NCBI GenBank assembly: GCA_040217195.1
Contig: JAVJNR010000002.1
Coordinates: 416,001-480,000, forward strand
From: Leptospiraceae bacterium
GTDB taxonomy: Bacteria; Spirochaetota; Leptospiria; Leptospirales; Leptonemataceae
Length of the DNA: 64,000 nucleotides
Direction of reading: 5' to 3'
Both the position numbers and the translations under genes were made by a program. The notes beneath the pieces are model-generated. The model worked only from the letters and a program-made list of their open reading frames with translations, searched no databases and was not told where the DNA came from. Positions within the stretch are counted from its first letter, which is position 1. The number at the start of each line of letters is the position of its first letter. Below, one piece after another: positions 17,703-27,923 of the stretch.

Positions 17703-19652
17703 ATGATACATTTTTGCAATGCACACTTCAAATCAGCTCCGATACTGATTCTGTCCGTCCTGTCCCTTCTGCTCAACTGCGATGCTCCCTTGAATCACCC
17801 GTACCCGGAAACTCGCGGTAAGAACTGGCACCTTATCGCCATGTCTTCGGAACCATCAACAATGGATCCGGTGCGAATGAACGATGCTCCTTCCTTTTCC
17901 GTGGCTTCGAACCTGGCACTTACCCCTTTCCAGTATTCCTATTTAAAGAGACCTATAAACCTGGAACCCTATCTTGCCAGAGCTATACCAGAGATCCGGC
18001 CTGCAGTGCATGACGGCAAACCCATGTTTTACATGGATCTGAAATTAAACCGGCATTATTATGCACCGGTGGAGGAATGCCTGAAGGACGATTACTACGA
18101 TGGCAAGGGTAGACCAATACTTGCTCAGGATCTGGCACTGAGCATCAAACGTAACGCTGATCCATCCAACGAAGCATTCATGTTCTCTCTGCTTGCAGAA
18201 AGTATTTATGGATTTTCGCAATACAATGAGTATATCCGCACGGAGCGGCAAAACAGAAAGTTAGGGGAGCTGGCGCCCCATAAGCAAGCGGCAGCACTCT
18301 CAGAAATTTATGCCGAGCCCATGAAGGGTCTGGAAATTTCTGGAGACGATGAATTAAGGATCTATCTGACCTCCTCCAGCGATAGACTGCTGTACTTTTT
18401 TGCCATGGTAAGCTCGGCGCCCATTCCCCGGAATTGCTGGGAAGTCTACAACGCAAAGGAAAAGAATCAGCATGCTCTTGAGCGCCATATGATTTCATCC
18501 GGAGCATTTCATCTCATAAGCTGGGAGCCTGGAAATCGTATAGTTCTGGAACGCAATCCTCTCTATGATTTTCGCTTTCCGGAGCTGAGCCCCCGGTCCC
18601 GGGAGTGGCCGGATGCTCTCCGGGATAATTCCGAATCAAGAAAACAGATGCAGTCCCTGGCTGGAAAGCCACTGCCTCTGGCTAATCGCATCGTTTTCTA
18701 TTTGATACAATCCGGTTCAACGGTCTGGACACTATTTGAACAGGGCTATCAGGATCGAGTTGCACTTACGAAAGATTCTTACGAAGGCGTCCTGGAAGGA
18801 GGGGAGCTCAGAGATGAATATAAGAAGCGGGGTATTGTGCTGGGTACTGCTCCGGAGCTAAGCACCTTCGGCTGGATTTTCAATCTGGAGGACCCGGTGG
18901 TGGGCTCTCATATAGGTTTGCGTAAAGCCCTGAGATGTGCTATCGATGGCGGGGAATTAATACAAAGATTTTATGAAGGTCGTGCCATGGTGGCGCATGG
19001 TTTGATTCCACCGGGCATGGAGGGATACCAACCTTCCTCCAGAGAAAGCAATTGCAGCGAAGATAGAATCAAGCGATGGCTCCGGGAGGCCGGCTATCCT
19101 GAAGGAGTGGATCCAGCCACCGGCAAGGCCCTGGTCCTACGTCTGATCGATGTGCCCCGACCGGCCAGCGCCAGCTTTCATAGCTATCTAGTAGACCAGG
19201 TTGCGAAGCTGGGAATTCGTCTTCAGGTGGATCTATTTGATGCGCCCACTTATTTCGAAAAGAGGATGAAGGGCAAATTTCAGATCACAACCTGGGGCTG
19301 GGGGGCGGATTATCCGGACCCTCAAAATTTCTTTCAATTGTTCTATGGTCCCAATGCTGGTACGCCCTATAATGAGGCCCATTTTCAGGATCCCGTATTT
19401 GATGCTGCTTATCGCAGATTGGAAGAAACCGAAGATCCAGGCACAAGGCAGCAATTGATCAATCAAATGAATAGCCGCTTACATGAGGGTATTCCGGTTC
19501 TTTTACTGTTCCACAGGATCCAGTATGGCATATCGCAACCCTGGATGACAGCGTATGAACCGCATCCCATGGGATACAACATGCTGCAGTATAGAGGAGT
19601 TAATTCCGAGAAACGAGACGCTTTTCAAGATGAGCAGAATTCTCTATGGTGA
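17703..19652 (+). CDS. Family 5 ABC solute-binding lipoprotein (OppA-like)
   Basis: Lipobox 'LLLNC'; 'SSGAFHL..W.PG.RIVLERNP' and 'GWGADYPDPQNFFQLFYG'. Start moved from 17583 to avoid overlap with the divergent gene. Confidence 0.85.
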   Translation: MIHFCNAHFKSAPILILSVLSLLLNCDAPLNHPYPETRGKNWHLIAMSSEPSTMDPVRMNDAPSFSVASNLALTPFQYSYLKRPINLEPYLARAIPEIRPAVHDGKPMFYMDLKLNRHYYAPVEECLKDDYYDGKGRPILAQDLALSIKRNADPSNEAFMFSLLAESIYGFSQYNEYIRTERQNRKLGELAPHKQAAALSEIYAEPMKGLEISGDDELRIYLTSSSDRLLYFFAMVSSAPIPRNCWEVYNAKEKNQHALERHMISSGAFHLISWEPGNRIVLERNPLYDFRFPELSPRSREWPDALRDNSESRKQMQSLAGKPLPLANRIVFYLIQSGSTVWTLFEQGYQDRVALTKDSYEGVLEGGELRDEYKKRGIVLGTAPELSTFGWIFNLEDPVVGSHIGLRKALRCAIDGGELIQRFYEGRAMVAHGLIPPGMEGYQPSSRESNCSEDRIKRWLREAGYPEGVDPATGKALVLRLIDVPRPASASFHSYLVDQVAKLGIRLQVDLFDAPTYFEKRMKGKFQITTWGWGADYPDPQNFFQLFYGPNAGTPYNEAHFQDPVFDAAYRRLEETEDPGTRQQLINQMNSRLHEGIPVLLLFHRIQYGISQPWMTAYEPHPMGYNMLQYRGVNSEKRDAFQDEQNSLW

Positions 19653-19857
19653 GGATATTCCTTCAGTCGGTAGATTTAGCTGCATTGTTTTTTCCCTTTA
19701 TCAATGGAGCGGCCATCACTCCAATTTAGATTCCTGGGAGCAACGGAAGTCCGGGTACTGCAAAACAATCGCAAGGGAGGATTTGAATTAAGAGAAATAG
19801 TTAACGGTATGTTTTCAACAGATTTGACAGCCACAGCGGTCCCGGTTTCGCATTTCT

Positions 19858-20541
19858 CTATCGAAATTCCCGGAGGTCTCTTCTGGCAATATGAATTTCC
19901 ATAACGCCTGAATCCGTTGCCCGACCAATTTCTTCTACAGACTTTTCGATTAAATGATTTCGAAATTCCGCCACATCATAGCCCAGTTCTTCAGCGTATT
20001 TGGTAGCAATATCATTGAATGCCTGATTAATCAGGAAAGGGACACGATCTTCGTTTAGCACTACCAGACCATCTGGAATGACTTCCAGAATCGTTGAAAT
20101 GTAGGTCCGGTACTTCTCTTCCGTTTTCTTTAGTCGATCCTGAGTTCTCTGTCTTTCCTGAAGGATGTCGAAATTCTTAAGCTCTCTTTGAACTACCGGA
20201 AATAACCGGTCCATTCTGTCCTTCATCACAAAATCGGTGGCCCCGGTTCGCATCATTTCTACAACCATTTCTTCGCCGATCTTGCCAGACACTATGATAA
20301 ACGGTACATCCGGATGAGCTTCTCGAATTCTTTTCAGGGCCTGCGCGCAATCCAGGTCAGGCATATAATAATCGGAAAGAACCAGATCAAATTCCATTTC
20401 CTCCAGTGCGGCATCCAGGTCGGGCTCATTGTCCACAATTCTGTGTTGGAATACTATACCTTCTTGCTGCAAAGTTTTCACTAGCAGCAATGCACTCATT
20501 CTAGAATCTTCCAGGATCAGTATGCTGGCATTCTGACTCAT
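19858..20541 (-). CDS. Response regulator receiver + PAS-like C-terminus, no output domain
   Basis: 'ILILED', 'LVLSDYYMP', 'IIVSG' and 'DFVMK'; then 'ILEVIPDGLVVLN...INQAF'. Confidence 0.85.
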   Translation of the reverse strand: MSQNASILILEDSRMSALLLVKTLQQEGIVFQHRIVDNEPDLDAALEEMEFDLVLSDYYMPDLDCAQALKRIREAHPDVPFIIVSGKIGEEMVVEMMRTGATDFVMKDRMDRLFPVVQRELKNFDILQERQRTQDRLKKTEEKYRTYISTILEVIPDGLVVLNEDRVPFLINQAFNDIATKYAEELGYDVAEFRNHLIEKSVEEIGRATDSGVMEIHIARRDLREFR

Positions 20542-21941
20542 GCGATATTGGCCTGAAGGTCCGATGTCTGACTAATATCCTTTGTGTCCAGAAGCGGAAG
20601 TTGTATTTCAAAATCCACGAGTAGCCGTCCTTCCTGAATCTTCGAATCTCTGTAATCTTTTACGTTGGATGCAGCTATGCTACCACCCAGCTTATCCACG
20701 ATGGTTCTAACAATGTTCAGTCCCATTCCGATGTCCAGGGTGTCGAAATTCTCAAAGACGGAGTGCTCCAGGCGAAAGAAGGGTTCGAACACAAGGTTCT
20801 GATATTCCAGCGGAATGCCACCCTCCACAGTTTTTCCATTTCCCAGGTCTCTGGTAGATCTAGTTTCATTCAGTACATTTATATTGAGCTTGTTTCCGTT
20901 CTGACGCAGCAGGACTGAAATTGTTGTGCCTTTGGGAGAGAACTTCATGGCATTGATTAGAAGTTCTCGTACCGCTCGCTTAAGCTGTTCTACATTGCAC
21001 TTAACTCTTAAGTTACGCATGCCATCTTTGTGTTCCGAAAGCACTATGTGATTTTCATGTACTTTTTGAGCCTGCTGCGCTTCCTTGATGGTCTCGGAAA
21101 GGATGGCGCGAATATCTGCTGCTGTCATCTCTTCGGTCTGGATTTTCTGACCAAGCAGTATGTCGATTTCCTGAAGAGAGTCTATGATTCGACTGGCTGT
21201 GTAGGTGTTTTCCCGGACCATGTCCATGATACCTTTGTCGATCAGATATTTATCTCCCTGCAGCTCAGCGGACTCAAGAACGTAAAGCAATATAGAGATA
21301 AGCTGGCCAAAGCCAGACCCCTGGGTTAATGAAGTGCGAAGATTGTAGAACAGGGCCTTTTCTTTAGCTACCTTATCGAAGGCTCCGCTCTGGCTCTGTT
21401 CATGCATCCACTTCAGCCAGCCAAGCTGGTTTTCCAGGCGGATGGTTCGTTCCTTTTCGGATGCTTTATTGATCTTCTTTAAATAGGCCGATTCAATGGC
21501 TCGCTGCACTTTTAACAGCAATTCGTTCAGGTCTATTGGCTTGATGAGATAGTCATAGATACCATGTTTCATCACATCGATAATAACTTCAGACTCGTTG
21601 TGACAGGTTTCCACGATAATCTCAGCATCGCTTCCCTGTTCTGTAACATGCCGAATTAGTTCCTGCCCATTAACCTCGGGCATTTCCAGGTCGGTGAGGA
21701 TTACCGGAAAACTTCTCTTCTCTAGAATTTGCTGAGCTTCCTTTCCATTGGAAGCCAGGACAACTCTGTAACCATTACCTTCCAGAACGTCTTTCAACAG
21801 CTGGCTGGAGCGATCATCATCCTCCACGACCAGAATACTTCTATCTTCATCTTTTAGATGCATATAATCCTCGCTCGAAAACTCATCATTGCCGGCCTTT
21901 TGTTCTGGAATTGCGGCCCTTTGCTGCCGTCTTTCGATCAA
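20538..21941 (-). CDS. Receiver + atypical histidine-kinase-like (HATPase) protein
   Basis: REC 'ILVVEDD...LTDLEMP...YLIKP'; N-box 'RELLINAMKFS', 'GGIP...VFEPFFR' and 'GMGL'; the H-box position reads 'FYNLRTSL'. Confidence 0.82.
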   Translation of the reverse strand: MIERRQQRAAIPEQKAGNDEFSSEDYMHLKDEDRSILVVEDDDRSSQLLKDVLEGNGYRVVLASNGKEAQQILEKRSFPVILTDLEMPEVNGQELIRHVTEQGSDAEIIVETCHNESEVIIDVMKHGIYDYLIKPIDLNELLLKVQRAIESAYLKKINKASEKERTIRLENQLGWLKWMHEQSQSGAFDKVAKEKALFYNLRTSLTQGSGFGQLISILLYVLESAELQGDKYLIDKGIMDMVRENTYTASRIIDSLQEIDILLGQKIQTEEMTAADIRAILSETIKEAQQAQKVHENHIVLSEHKDGMRNLRVKCNVEQLKRAVRELLINAMKFSPKGTTISVLLRQNGNKLNINVLNETRSTRDLGNGKTVEGGIPLEYQNLVFEPFFRLEHSVFENFDTLDIGMGLNIVRTIVDKLGGSIAASNVKDYRDSKIQEGRLLVDFEIQLPLLDTKDISQTSDLQANIA

Positions 21942-22816
21942 TGGTAGGGAAGCCCAATTGTAAACGTTGTTCCCGATCCCTCTGTGGTCTGTAGCGTGAT
22001 GAATCCCTGGTGCATGTCAACTATTCTCTTCACAATCGCAAGACCCAGTCCGGTGCCTTCTCGTTTTGTGGATTTTCTAGAAACACTCTGCTCAAAAGGC
22101 TCGAAAATGCGATCCTGGTCTTCAGGTGGTATTCCGGCTCCATTGTCTTTGACACGAATTAGAATGTTTTCGGAGCCTTCCAGGAGAGATACCTGAATTT
22201 GACCATCTGCGTCTGTATGGCGTATAGCATTGGATAACAGATTATCCATTACCTGTCGCATTCTAGTTTGATCGCATTCAGTGCGAACAGGCCCGGTCGG
22301 TAGATCTTCCAACAGCTCAATTCCTTTCTGTCTGCAGGCAGTATGGAAGCTCTGAACCGATTCATGGATTAAAGCAGCGATGTCGCACTGGGACCGGTCC
22401 AGCGGTATCCGACCGGCCTCCATCCTTGAATACTCCAGTATTTGTTCTACCAGTTTGAGTAGATGTCTGCCACTGGACTCGATGGAGGATACAGCTTCTG
22501 ATTGTCCTTTGTTTAGAGTCCCCAGTTGAGGCATTTTTAGGTACTGGGAGTAGCCAAGCATGGAATTCAGCGGAGTTTTCAACTCATGGGTCATATTGGC
22601 CAGAAATAGTGTTTTTGCGCGATTCGCCTGCTCTGCCTGGGCCACGGATAGGCGAAGCAGTTCATTCTGGTTACGAATCTCCTGTTCTGTATGCTTTCGT
22701 TCTGTTATATCTCGCAAGGATATGATCAAATGGTTTTCCTCACCGGCCTGCATTGTGGAATACTGCAGTTCCAGGAAGATCCCCTCTAGTTGAACCTTTT
22801 TATTGCTTCCATCCAT
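21938..22816 (-). CDS. Sensor histidine kinase (HisKA + HATPase) retaining only the PAC end of a PAS domain
   Basis: 'LRDITERK', 'FLANMTHELKTPL', 'QVMDNLLSNAI', 'DNGAGI' and 'GTGLGLAI'. Start uncertain (22816 or 22864). Confidence 0.85.
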   Translation of the reverse strand: MDGSNKKVQLEGIFLELQYSTMQAGEENHLIISLRDITERKHTEQEIRNQNELLRLSVAQAEQANRAKTLFLANMTHELKTPLNSMLGYSQYLKMPQLGTLNKGQSEAVSSIESSGRHLLKLVEQILEYSRMEAGRIPLDRSQCDIAALIHESVQSFHTACRQKGIELLEDLPTGPVRTECDQTRMRQVMDNLLSNAIRHTDADGQIQVSLLEGSENILIRVKDNGAGIPPEDQDRIFEPFEQSVSRKSTKREGTGLGLAIVKRIVDMHQGFITLQTTEGSGTTFTIGLPYH

Positions 22817-23173
22817 TTCTTTATCTCTCGAATTACAGTTTCCTGGTCTGCAGGCTCTGGCCAACCGTCAAACCTGGCTTCGGTAGCTGCTTCGCATTCC
22901 TCCTTTTAGTTATTTCCTGAAATACGCCACTATGGAGTTCGTTTCTGGCAATTTACTTCGTATTATTCAAAGTTATCTGCAATTTCTAAATCCATCAATA
23001 TCCGGTAGCTGAATATCCCATAAACAGAAATCAAAAGAATGGCAGGAAACCGGCACCACTGTTTCCTCCCCGGTGGTTGCGTTCTGATTACCAATCCCGG
23101 TCTCCGGCAAATAGCATCGTATTAAATTCTGACCAATAGGCTCATCTTCTGCAACAAGAATACTTACTGTGGA
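22786..23173 (-). pseudogene. Decayed response-regulator receiver domain
   Basis: My translation: STVSILVAEDEPIGQNLIRCYL...ATTGEETV...FDFCLWDIQLPDIDGF, frameshift near 22987, then EIADNFE*YEVNCQKRTP*WRISGNN*KEECEAATEARFDGWPEPADQETVIREIKKW. No in-frame start. Confidence 0.8.
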
Positions 23174-23391
23174 GAATCGAGCCTTTCAACGGCCACTTCC
23201 GCTGGACGGACCTGAGGGGTAGAATCTGTTCAATGAACGGAATTCAGACAAAAATGGTTCCGTCGCCGTCGGTCTTTAATTTATGGGAATTTCGATTCTC
23301 TACAGTCCATCCCTCAGAATCAACAAAGCAGTCTTCCAGCGGGAATTTCCCTTGATTTTGTCTGATACATTTGTCAGAGTCCTTTTACTCG

Positions 23392-24375
23392 ATGAAGGCC
23401 TATATTATTCGACGGCTGTTGTACACCATTCCTGTGGCTCTGGGAGTGTACCTGATAACATTCTTCCTGTTTCATTTGCGGGATCCTATGGCCATCGCTC
23501 GAGTGCATCTACCCCAGGGAGATGAAGCGGCATTGCAGCAATGGGTCTACAACCATGGCTATCACCTGCCTGCGTTTTTAAATTTACCGTCCGATGCTAC
23601 CCGGCCGGCTGCCGATGGCCAGATACATGCATTTCTGGCGGAAAAGAGCGTATTTCATTCTCGTTTCTTCCTTGGACTGAATGATTTGATTCTTCTGGAC
23701 CTTGGTTTTGATCGATATGGTCGGCCCATCGTCAGCGAGCTGGGTCGCAGGATACCGGTATCTCTGGCAGTGATGGGTCCTTCCTTTGTACTTACTGCGC
23801 TTGCAGCACTGAGCATTTCTGTCTTTGCTGCCGTGGGAGCTGGCAACCGATTTGACCGGTTAACTTCAATACTATCAATTCTGGCTCTTTCGATAGCTTT
23901 ACCGGTATGGCTTATGGCCACGACATTCTTCTTTGGAAAGCTTTTTCCAATACTGCCCGTATATGGAAGTGTACTGCCGGCCATATTTGTGGCCTTTCTG
24001 GCCGGTCTCGGTGGACAGATCCGATTCTATCGCACGGTTTTTGCTGATCGAACAGGTGCATTCTCCGTAAAGGCAGCCCGCCTCAGAGGATTGAAGGAAG
24101 GCCGAGTGATTAGCCGATATGTTTTCTTGCCGGGTCTCATTCCTGTTCTAACTACACTGGTCTTGAGTCTGCCTTTTCTTATTACTGGTTCTCTACTTCT
24201 GGAGCAGTATTTCGGAATTCCCGGTATGGGCGATATGATGTACAGCGCTATTATTTCGCAGGACTTCAATGTAATAGAAACCCTGGTAGTTCTGGGCGCC
24301 TTTCTCTTCATGGTGGGAACTTTGCTTACGGACATTGCATACGTTCTGGTAGATCCGAGGATGGAACTCAAATGA
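23392..24375 (+). CDS. oppB: Peptide ABC transporter permease
   Basis: 'MKAYIIRRLLY', EAA-like 'AARLRGL', 'TGSLLLEQYFGIPGMG' and 'YVLVDPR'. Confidence 0.85.
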   Translation: MKAYIIRRLLYTIPVALGVYLITFFLFHLRDPMAIARVHLPQGDEAALQQWVYNHGYHLPAFLNLPSDATRPAADGQIHAFLAEKSVFHSRFFLGLNDLILLDLGFDRYGRPIVSELGRRIPVSLAVMGPSFVLTALAALSISVFAAVGAGNRFDRLTSILSILALSIALPVWLMATTFFFGKLFPILPVYGSVLPAIFVAFLAGLGGQIRFYRTVFADRTGAFSVKAARLRGLKEGRVISRYVFLPGLIPVLTTLVLSLPFLITGSLLLEQYFGIPGMGDMMYSAIISQDFNVIETLVVLGAFLFMVGTLLTDIAYVLVDPRMELK

Positions 24376-25370
24376 TCTGGATTCAAAACCTCCTGGTGCT
24401 GATTCTATTCGCTTTCGTAATTCTTCTCATTTATCGCACATTCAAAAAGAGCGCCTTTCGTCAGGAGCTGGCCACTGGATTCAGCAAACCGGGAGCCCGG
24501 CTGAGTATCTATATTCTTGGATTCTACGCACTTGTGGCATTGCTGGATTTTATCTATATTGGTGCCGGTCCCGGAGATACAATCCTGCAAGCATTGATAT
24601 CGCTTATCCCCGAGGAGAATTCCTACTCATTGCCCTGGGCACTACAGGATTCTAAAGAGCAGGCTTTGAAAGGCTGGCATTTGCTCGGAACCAACATCAA
24701 TGGCAAGGATGTGATGGGCCTGGTGCTTTCGGGCACTCGCACAGCTGTGATTCTGGGACCCGGTAGTAGTCTTCTGGCTCTGGCGCTGGGAACAACCCTT
24801 GGTCTGGTTTCTGGTTATCTGGGTGGATGGGTGGATGATCTCGTTCAATGGATTTATACCACCGTTGCCAGTGTTCCCTGGTTTCTGTTCGTAATCTCTT
24901 TTATCATGGTCTTTGGCCGCGATCTTACCTGGATTGCAGTGGCCATAGGCCTTACTGCCTGGGTGGAACCGGCTCGATTGATACGAGCAGAAACAATGCA
25001 GATTCGAGGATTGTCCTACGTTCGCAGCGCTCAGGCGGCTGGATTTTCCACAGCTTCCGTTCTGTACCGGCAAATTCTTCCTAACGTAAGTTACATTATT
25101 GTAATCACATTCGCTTTAACTACATCCCAGGTAATCCTGGCAGAAAGCGTCTTAACTTTTATTGGAATTGGAGTGGAGCCGGGTACAGCTTCCTGGGGTA
25201 TCTTACTTGCTGAAAGCAACCGGGAACTGTTGCGAAGCCCGCCAATATGGTGGATCTTTGCTGCCACAACAATCCTGGGCATCCTGCCACCGGTACTGGG
25301 ACTAAATGTAATTGCTGATACCATTCGAGATGCCACCGGATTTTCCATACTTGCGAAAAAAGATGATTGA
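24372..25370 (+). CDS. oppC: Peptide ABC transporter permease
   Basis: 'HLLGTNINGKD', 'ARLIRAE', 'AESVLTFIGIG' and 'SWG'; ATGA overlap with oppB. Confidence 0.85.
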   Translation: MIWIQNLLVLILFAFVILLIYRTFKKSAFRQELATGFSKPGARLSIYILGFYALVALLDFIYIGAGPGDTILQALISLIPEENSYSLPWALQDSKEQALKGWHLLGTNINGKDVMGLVLSGTRTAVILGPGSSLLALALGTTLGLVSGYLGGWVDDLVQWIYTTVASVPWFLFVISFIMVFGRDLTWIAVAIGLTAWVEPARLIRAETMQIRGLSYVRSAQAAGFSTASVLYRQILPNVSYIIVITFALTTSQVILAESVLTFIGIGVEPGTASWGILLAESNRELLRSPPIWWIFAATTILGILPPVLGLNVIADTIRDATGFSILAKKDD

Positions 25371-25487
25371 ATCCTGTTAGGTCCGGGCGAATACTCAGGT
25401 CAGCCCTGGTTTTTTCTGGAGCCCCAGGCATAAGATCTCTGGCGCTTCAGAGCACCAGACCAGGGCATCAAAACAAAGGAGTATGGA

Positions 25488-25745
25488 ATGCCCGATTTAA
25501 TTTCTCTGATTCTATTTCTGGTTATTGGACTTGTAGCCGGATGGCTGGCCGGTCAGCTAATGAAAGGTAGCAGCTTTGGATTGCTTGGTAATCTAATAGT
25601 TGGTGTTATTGGTGCAGTCCTGGGCGGCTGGCTACTTGGAAAATACGTCCATGCGATCATCCCTGGACTATTTGGTAGCCTGGTGACTGCCACTCTCGGA
25701 GCAGTGATTCTACTCTTTTTGATTGGACTTGTGGCCAAAAAATGA
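25488..25745 (+). CDS. GlsB/YeaQ/YmgE transglycosylase-associated membrane protein
   Basis: 'IGLVAGWLAG.LM...GLLGNLIVGVIGAVLGG...ATLGAVILL'; SD AAGGAG. Confidence 0.92.
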   Translation: MPDLISLILFLVIGLVAGWLAGQLMKGSSFGLLGNLIVGVIGAVLGGWLLGKYVHAIIPGLFGSLVTATLGAVILLFLIGLVAKK

Positions 25746-25781
25746 CGATTTGTTCCACAGGCCCTGTTGGCCTGTGGAACT

Positions 25782-27899
25782 ATGACAAATCCCTTCCTTT
25801 CTCCTCTGAAATGGCTAAATAGCACCTCTGCTGCGGCTCGTCTGCTATTTCTGGTTGCTCTACTTGTTGGTTCCTTGATCTATCAGGATCTTTCCCTGGC
25901 TTACATGGTGTATGGCGAGATCTCCCATGCCCAACGCGAAGAAGATGGTGTTCGCGTAATGCGCGTTGTGAGCAAGTTAATGCGAAGCGTACAATATGAG
26001 AGAAGCGCTGCTGCGATTTATCGAGCAACCGGAGATGGGCTGTACCGTTCCAGATTGCAGGAACACTTCGCAGGCACAGATGCAGTGATTGAGGGCGCCC
26101 GTCAAACCTGGGATGGAAGCAGTCTGGAACAGAGCAAGGATCGCTATTTTCAATTAACGGAGGATCTCAGGAAGATCCGGCAGCAGGGTACGCCGTCTAG
26201 AGAAGACTATGAAAAACTGGACCGTCAGCTTTATATGCTGGTGGAGGAAATCCTGTATGAGTCAGGTCTCATTTTGGACGAGGACAGGGTTCGCATATAT
26301 CTCATCCTGGCAGCCTTCCAGACCATTCCAGAGCAATCAGATCTGGCACTTCAGATGCAGGAGATTCTGACCGTAGGGCTGGAGTCCAACGGTCTGGACG
26401 GAGCATCCAGACGAAGGCTAAATGGAATCGAGTCCCGGCTGGACGCTGCCAGTGTGCGGCTGCAGGAGAAAATCGAAAAGATCAATCGCCAGAGCAGCCA
26501 TTTACAGAACAGGCTGGAAGAACCTCTCTCCATGTATGAGAAGGCCTATGCAAATCTCAAAGTTCTGATTCGCTCCGGGGATGCCTTTGAAGAAGCCGGA
26601 CGATTGACTACTACGGTTGAGAAACTGGTGGGAGTGGAGCGATCCCTGCAGGAATCCATTCTAAAAGAGCTGGAACGGGAACTTGCCCGGGAAGTGAGTT
26701 CTCTATGGCAGGAAATTATTATCACAAGCATTATTGCAGCTTTTATCACAGTTATTGTTATCATCCTTTCTTTGAGTATGGTGCGTGGGATTCGACGCTC
26801 TATCCATGAAGCCAGGGGTATGGCGGCGGCCATTGCCACAGGAAGGCTAACGGACCGTATCGAGACTCAGGCAAAGGATGAGCTGGGCCAGTTAATGACC
26901 AGCCTGAACGATATGGCTGATAACCTGAGTCAATTGATTGGTCATATCCGATCCAATTCCGAGAAGATTAATCGATCCAGCCAGAATCTGGCGGCCACAT
27001 CGGAAGAGTTCAGTTCGACTTCCGAAGAACAGGCTGCGGCGGTGGAAGAGGTTTCTGCTACGGCGGAGGAACTGAGTGCTACAGCCGGCAAAGTAAGCGA
27101 AGCAACCAGGCAGGCAGTGGAATCGGTTCGTAAGATTCGCAACCATGTGGATCATCTGGTAGAATCCAATATGCTGGTTATGCAGGCTCTTTCAGAACTC
27201 TCCGACTCCTCGCAGATGGCCGCGGACAAAGCAACATACAATCAAAAGCAAATTGGACAGGCTACAGCGGCCATGAATCAGATCGAACAGGCTACCCGAA
27301 AGATAGCTGACTTTGTGGAAATCATTACTGAAATTTCTGAACGGACCAACCTTCTATCATTGAATGCAGCCATAGAAGCGGCTCGTGCGGGGGATGCCGG
27401 ACGGGGATTTGCTGTTGTGGCTGGAGAGATAACGCGTCTGGCAGACCAGACGCAACAGAGCGCCCGAGAGGTGGAACAATCAATTGAGGAAACCCTGGGA
27501 AGCATTACAAATGGAGTGCAAACGGTGCAGTCTGTTTCCGAGAATATGAACATCATCCTTAATGAAGTTCAAAATATAGATGCAAAGGTAAAATCCATCG
27601 AAGGCAGTGCCACGCAGCATTCAGACAATGTAACTGGAATTACGGAAAGTGCGCAGACCGTGGAGAAGGTAATCGGAGAAATCCATACCGGAGCCGATGA
27701 GCAAAAGCGGGCCACCGATGAAGTGGAACGGACCATGGAAGACATCAATCGTAGTTCTCAGAGTGTATCCGAGGGCGCCGGTAACCTGGCGAATCTGGCC
27801 GGAGATCTAAGCGGACTTGCAGAAACGATGCTATCCGACGTTCAAAAATTTGAAGTAAAAGAAGAGCATACGGACAGCTCCTCATCTTCCGATCAATGA
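25782..27899 (+). CDS. Methyl-accepting chemotaxis protein with large helical periplasmic domain (NIT-like) and HAMP
   Basis: Two TM helices; 'VQYERS' and 'SGLILD' in the sensor domain; HAMP 'DELGQL..SLNDM'; tip '[16 protein letters not shown]'. Confidence 0.92.
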   Translation: MTNPFLSPLKWLNSTSAAARLLFLVALLVGSLIYQDLSLAYMVYGEISHAQREEDGVRVMRVVSKLMRSVQYERSAAAIYRATGDGLYRSRLQEHFAGTDAVIEGARQTWDGSSLEQSKDRYFQLTEDLRKIRQQGTPSREDYEKLDRQLYMLVEEILYESGLILDEDRVRIYLILAAFQTIPEQSDLALQMQEILTVGLESNGLDGASRRRLNGIESRLDAASVRLQEKIEKINRQSSHLQNRLEEPLSMYEKAYANLKVLIRSGDAFEEAGRLTTTVEKLVGVERSLQESILKELERELAREVSSLWQEIIITSIIAAFITVIVIILSLSMVRGIRRSIHEARGMAAAIATGRLTDRIETQAKDELGQLMTSLNDMADNLSQLIGHIRSNSEKINRSSQNLAATSEEFSSTSEEQAAAVEEVSATAEELSATAGKVSEATRQAVESVRKIRNHVDHLVESNMLVMQALSELSDSSQMAADKATYNQKQIGQATAAMNQIEQATRKIADFVEIITEISERTNLLSLNAAIEAARAGDAGRGFAVVAGEITRLADQTQQSAREVEQSIEETLGSITNGVQTVQSVSENMNIILNEVQNIDAKVKSIEGSATQHSDNVTGITESAQTVEKVIGEIHTGADEQKRATDEVERTMEDINRSSQSVSEGAGNLANLAGDLSGLAETMLSDVQKFEVKEEHTDSSSSSDQ

Positions 27900-27923
27900 G
27901 TCATCTGGAACCGATAGTGTGTT

